A stretch of DNA of 28,235 nt from a virus (lineage: Duplodnaviria; Caudoviricetes). The notes under the pieces are model-generated. The model did no database searches. It saw nothing but the letters and a program-made list of their open reading frames with translations, and was not told where the DNA came from. Made by a program: the position numbers and the translations under genes. Numbering within the stretch: position 1 is the first letter of the stretch; each line of letters opens with the position of its first letter. The stretch lies in IMG/VR virus record IMGVR_UViG_3300011102_000067, positions 1 to 28,235 of that record, one strand, 5' to 3'. This document shows, piece by piece, positions 24,776 to 28,235 of the stretch.

Positions 24776-24844
24776 CATTATGTACGGAATTGACTACGGC
24801 CTTTTCTCGGAAAAACTTTCGAAGCACTAATAATACTATTAATA

Positions 24845-24953
24845 ACTATAGTATAGTAATACTATAATACTACTATAGTATAGTAATACTATAATAGTAC
24901 TATAGTATAGTAATACTACTAATAGTACTATAGTATAGTAATACTACTAATAT
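24845..24953. repeat. AT-rich tandem repeat, 4 units of 27-28 bp; candidate replication origin
   Basis: Exact 20-mer ACTATAGTATAGTAATACTA at 24845, 24872, 24899 and 24927, each starting with the palindrome ACTATAGT; lies at the coding-strand switch. Confidence 0.85.
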
Positions 24954-25230
24954 ATAGAGACTACTCTACCCATTGTTTATTACTACTATTAATAGGGTAG
25001 CGCATCGCAATCAAGGCATGTGCGACAAACCAATTAAACGAAGGATCACCACACCCCCTCTTGCCATCGCCCCACGGGCGGAATCATGGTGACTAAAGGA
25101 ACCCGGCCGATCTATGCGAAGACCCACCTCACCAGTGAACACCCTAGTGGTGCGTCATTAGCTGAGTTGAGTGATACGGAATTTTTGAACAGAGGTATGT
25201 CGGGCTTGTGCGTCTGCCAATGTAGTCCCC

Positions 25231-25944
25231 ATGACAGATATCGTTTTTAAGTCCGATGTGGACGTGCGCCTTATCGACAGCATGGGCAATGATGACTCGG
25301 TTATCCGCTCAATGCTCGTGTCAACCATGGGTGAACTTTCACTAGAAGAGGCAAGTGAGAAGTCTAAGAGAGGGCGCATTAACTTTCTTATGGCTAACCG
25401 GCATGGTACGCCATTTGAACACAATGCAATGACGTTCTATATCTCTGCCCCGATCTTCGTTTTCCGTGAGTTTCATCGTCACAGAATTGGGTGGAGTTAC
25501 AACGAAGAATCGGGTCGCTATAAGCAGCTTGATCCGGTCTTCTATATCCCCGCCGAGGATCGTGCGATTACTCAGGTGGGTAAGCCTGGACATTATCAGT
25601 TTATTGCGGGCAGTGTTAGTCAGAAGTATTCAGTCATTTTTGGTCATCGAAGCGTTGCTGTATATTCGTATAGAAATTACGAAATGTTGCTTGAAGCTGG
25701 TATTGCCAAGGAAGTTGCTCGCATGACACTTCCACTCAATATCTTCTCTTCTATGTACGCTACTTGTAATGCTCGTTCACTTATGGCATTTCTTTCGCTG
25801 CGTACTAAGCATGAAGATTCAAAGTTCCCTTCCTACCCGCAGCGTGAGATTGAAATGGTTGCGGAAAAGATGGAGGCAGAGTTCGCTAGACTCTTCCCGA
25901 TTACCTATGAAGCTTATGTCCAAAATGGCAGAGTCGCACCGTAA
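25231..25944 (+). CDS. thyX: FAD-dependent thymidylate synthase
   Basis: HGTPFEH, REFHRHRIGWSYNEESGRY (RHRx7S motif), KEVARMTLP, NARSLMAFLSLR and QREI. Confidence 0.96.
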   Translation: MTDIVFKSDVDVRLIDSMGNDDSVIRSMLVSTMGELSLEEASEKSKRGRINFLMANRHGTPFEHNAMTFYISAPIFVFREFHRHRIGWSYNEESGRYKQLDPVFYIPAEDRAITQVGKPGHYQFIAGSVSQKYSVIFGHRSVAVYSYRNYEMLLEAGIAKEVARMTLPLNIFSSMYATCNARSLMAFLSLRTKHEDSKFPSYPQREIEMVAEKMEAEFARLFPITYEAYVQNGRVAP

Positions 25945-25959
25945 CGTGGAAAGCATAAA

Positions 25960-26058
25960 ATGGAAGACTCCAAAGCTGCGACAGAGAAAAGATGTAGACT
26001 CTGTAGAAATGAAAAAGCGGTAGAAAGATACCGCAGCAAGAGAAAGTTACCTCTATGA
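25960..26058 (+). CDS. Possible 32-aa mini-ORF with a single CxxC (Zn-finger remnant)
   Basis: MEDSKAATEKRCRLCRNEKAVERYRSKRKLPL; fills the gap and overlaps the next start as ATGA. Confidence 0.4.
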   Translation: MEDSKAATEKRCRLCRNEKAVERYRSKRKLPL

Positions 26059-26855
26059 GATTTATCCCCGATTCAGTTGGCGAAGATCATCCAGCATTCA
26101 AGTATGAGATTTACCGCACAACTGTTGGCTCAGAAGTTCATGGAACAGGATTGCCTGGACATGAAGACCATGACGAAATGGGCATCTTTGTTGAAACCAA
26201 GTCTCATGTTATTGGCTTTGACAAGCTAGATCATTTTACGTGGCGTTCAAAGCCTGAAGGTGTTCGTTCTGAGGCAGGGGATATTGATCTAGTTCTTTAC
26301 TCGCTCCGCAAATTCCTACATCTAGCTATGCAGGGCAACCCAAGCATCATTCAGACTCTCTTTATTCCGAGAGAGTTTGTGATCTACAAGAATTGGGCAG
26401 GACACGAATTAACAGGACTAACAACTAAGTACATTGTGTCTAAGAAGGCTGGGCCTAGATATCTAGGCTATCTAGACTCTCAAATGAAGAGATTCGAAGA
26501 GTCTGTTAAGGGAAATTATGTAGGCCATATGCCAAAGCGCCCCGAACTTGTTGAACGCTTTGGTTACGACACCAAGTATGCGATGCACGCTTTAAGACTC
26601 GGATACCAGGGCATTGAACTAATGGAGACTGGCCACATTACCTTACCCATTCCTCAGGACCCTGGTGATTTTCTACGTGCAGTTAGACGTGGCGAATATT
26701 CATTCCAAGACGTATTTGAAGACTTAACAGCAGTGAGAGCACGGCTAAGCAAGGCTATTGAAGATTCCTCTCTGCCGGAAGAGCCAGACTATGGGATGCT
26801 AGAAAATTGGCTCATTCAAGTTCACGAGTACACATGGAGCAGCCTTCGTGTCTGA
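26055..26855 (+). CDS. Pol-beta superfamily nucleotidyltransferase (RlaP-like)
   Basis: VGSEVHG...DHDEMG (GS...DxD), KFLHLAMQGNP, R..LVERFGYDTKYAMHALRL and LPEEPD segments typical of the RlaP-type family. Confidence 0.85.
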   Translation: MRFIPDSVGEDHPAFKYEIYRTTVGSEVHGTGLPGHEDHDEMGIFVETKSHVIGFDKLDHFTWRSKPEGVRSEAGDIDLVLYSLRKFLHLAMQGNPSIIQTLFIPREFVIYKNWAGHELTGLTTKYIVSKKAGPRYLGYLDSQMKRFEESVKGNYVGHMPKRPELVERFGYDTKYAMHALRLGYQGIELMETGHITLPIPQDPGDFLRAVRRGEYSFQDVFEDLTAVRARLSKAIEDSSLPEEPDYGMLENWLIQVHEYTWSSLRV

Positions 26856-27042
26856 CGAGGAAAAGCTAGACAGGCTTATCGAGGGAATCCTGAATGCATT
26901 GCTTCACTACGATCTGAGTGGTGAATGGGATCATGGGCTGAGGATTAAGGAAGCTCATCCGAGTGCATATATGAGAACTATTGACCTTATGGGCGAGGCT
27001 CTAGTTGACGCCCTAGAGAGTATTGGAGAGGGATATCATTGA
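26848..27042 (+). CDS. Hypothetical protein
   Basis: 64 aa, overlaps both neighbours, GGAG SD. Confidence 0.65.
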   Translation: MSDEEKLDRLIEGILNALLHYDLSGEWDHGLRIKEAHPSAYMRTIDLMGEALVDALESIGEGYH

Positions 27043-28235
27043 GTTATCAAGCACTAGTTTGTAGAGTTTCAACTAGACCGCACCCGAACGCAGATAAGCT
27101 ACAGCTTGCCACTGCAAACGGATATCAGGTTGTTGTCGGATTAGATGTTAAGGACGGGGAACTTGGTGTGTTCTTCGGTCCTGATGGTCAGCTATCTGAA
27201 GAGATGTGTGCTGCCAACGACCTAATTGGATACACCGACCCTGAAACCGGAGAAAAGCGTGGTGGCTTCTTCGCCAAGAATCGTAGAGTTCGGGCGCAGA
27301 GATTCAGAGGCGAAAAATCAGATGGTTATTGGACCCCCTTGTCTTCATTCGCATTCACCGGAGTTGACCTATCTACTCTAACAGAGGGAATGCAGTTTGA
27401 TTCGCTAAATGGTGTTCCGATCTGCAACAAGTATTACACGCCCGCAACCCTGAAGGCTATGCAGTCTGGTGGGAAGCAAAAGCGGCAGAATGATCTATTT
27501 GCTAAGCACATCGATACTGCTCAGCTAAAGCATCATATTAACAACATCGAGCCAAATTCCGTTATTTACATCACAGAGAAGCTACATGGCACATCAGGAC
27601 GTTTTGGTTACGTTCTTGAGGAAAAGACTCTCAAGCGTAGGCTCCGTGATCGAATTAGACGAAGACCAGCAAGAACTGTTCGTGAATACAATCATTTGCT
27701 TGGCACTCGTAACACTATCCTTGCTGACCATACTTCTACTGGCTTCTATGGATCAGAAGAATTCCGCTGGAACGCCATCGAGAAGCTAGTTGGAAATCTA
27801 CACAAGGGTGAAATCCTATACTTTGAGCTTGTCGGCTACACAACTGACGGGAAGCCGATCATGTCAGAACCCGCAACTGACGAGCTAAAGGAAATCAAGA
27901 AGCAATACGGCAAGAAGATGACATTCTCTTACGGTACAGAGCCGGGGCAGTGTGATCTTTATGTCTATCGCATTACACGAGTTAATGAAGATGGCAACGT
28001 TGTTGAGCTTTCTTGGCCGCAAGTTAAGGCTCGCTGTAATGCTCTAGGAATTAAGCATGTTCCTGAACTACTAGAGGCCCCTGTTGTTTTTTACAATGGC
28101 TCAAACAAGAGTCTGGAAGCTCTAGTAGACAGTCTAATGGAAGGCCCCTCTACCATCGATTCACGACACATTCGTGAGGGGGTTGTTGTCCGTGTCGAGG
28201 GCAAGGAAACGAACTTCTTTAAAGCAAAGAGTTTC
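27039..28235 (+). CDS. ATP-dependent RNA ligase (Rnl2/DRB0094-like), 3' end outside window
   Basis: Not in the ORF track. TTG 27039 after GGAGAGG: MSYQALVCRVSTRPHPNADKLQLA (OB-like N-domain), motif I ITEKLHGTS, III YFELVG, IV REGVVVR and V FKAKSF at the window end. Confidence 0.9.
   Translation, partial: MSYQALVCRVSTRPHPNADKLQLATANGYQVVVGLDVKDGELGVFFGPDGQLSEEMCAANDLIGYTDPETGEKRGGFFAKNRRVRAQRFRGEKSDGYWTPLSSFAFTGVDLSTLTEGMQFDSLNGVPICNKYYTPATLKAMQSGGKQKRQNDLFAKHIDTAQLKHHINNIEPNSVIYITEKLHGTSGRFGYVLEEKTLKRRLRDRIRRRPARTVREYNHLLGTRNTILADHTSTGFYGSEEFRWNAIEKLVGNLHKGEILYFELVGYTTDGKPIMSEPATDELKEIKKQYGKKMTFSYGTEPGQCDLYVYRITRVNEDGNVVELSWPQVKARCNALGIKHVPELLEAPVVFYNGSNKSLEALVDSLMEGPSTIDSRHIREGVVVRVEGKETNFFKAKSF

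Noticed and set aside
24741-24827. N-terminal extension of the 157-aa ORF given in the track
   Set aside because: Runs through a near-consensus promoter; ATG 24740 fits a leaderless start.
24845-24953. CRISPR mini-array
   Set aside because: Intervals between the 20-bp repeats are only 7-8 nt and nearly identical; there are no unique spacers and no cas genes.
25086-25250. 54-aa ORF or ncRNA upstream of thyX
   Set aside because: No SD or convincing promoter, overlaps thyX start, and no recognisable protein motif or RNA family.
1-28235. Stop-codon reassignment
   Set aside because: Long genes are intact under the standard code, and TAA, TAG and TGA all terminate confident genes.

Overview
Segment of a large tailed dsDNA phage (siphovirus-like, roughly mid-GC; leaderless TANNNT-N6/7-start promoters and gene content suggest an actinobacterial host, which is inference). 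Bases 1-24775 are read almost entirely on the minus strand. In transcription order they hold: an unknown gene; a split tRNA-Thr enclosing an HNH nuclease, an intact tRNA-Thr and a small ORF; a UvrD-like helicase; a tail fibre/collagen block; two genes sharing a DRxxGWG motif; tRNA-Pro; small Zn-finger proteins; two GT4-like glycosyltransferases flanking an intein-containing class II ribonucleotide reductase; then portal, ChaB-protease-scaffold fusion, major capsid, HNH, neck, major tail, tail assembly chaperones and tape measure (truncated by the window). An AT-rich 4x tandem repeat (24845-24953) sits at the strand switch. After it, plus-strand thyX, an RlaP-like nucleotidyltransferase and an RNA ligase (truncated) follow. 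The most striking structure is a tRNA-Thr(UGU) gene split into two fully complementary halves 731 nt apart, around an HNH gene plus a replacement tRNA-Thr(UGU) whose anticodon-stem arms are exactly swapped. Both HNH genes in the window share the same 5' architecture: a fold-back copy of the flanking target sequence, then TACTAT-N7-start. All assignments come from motif reading only; no searches were run.
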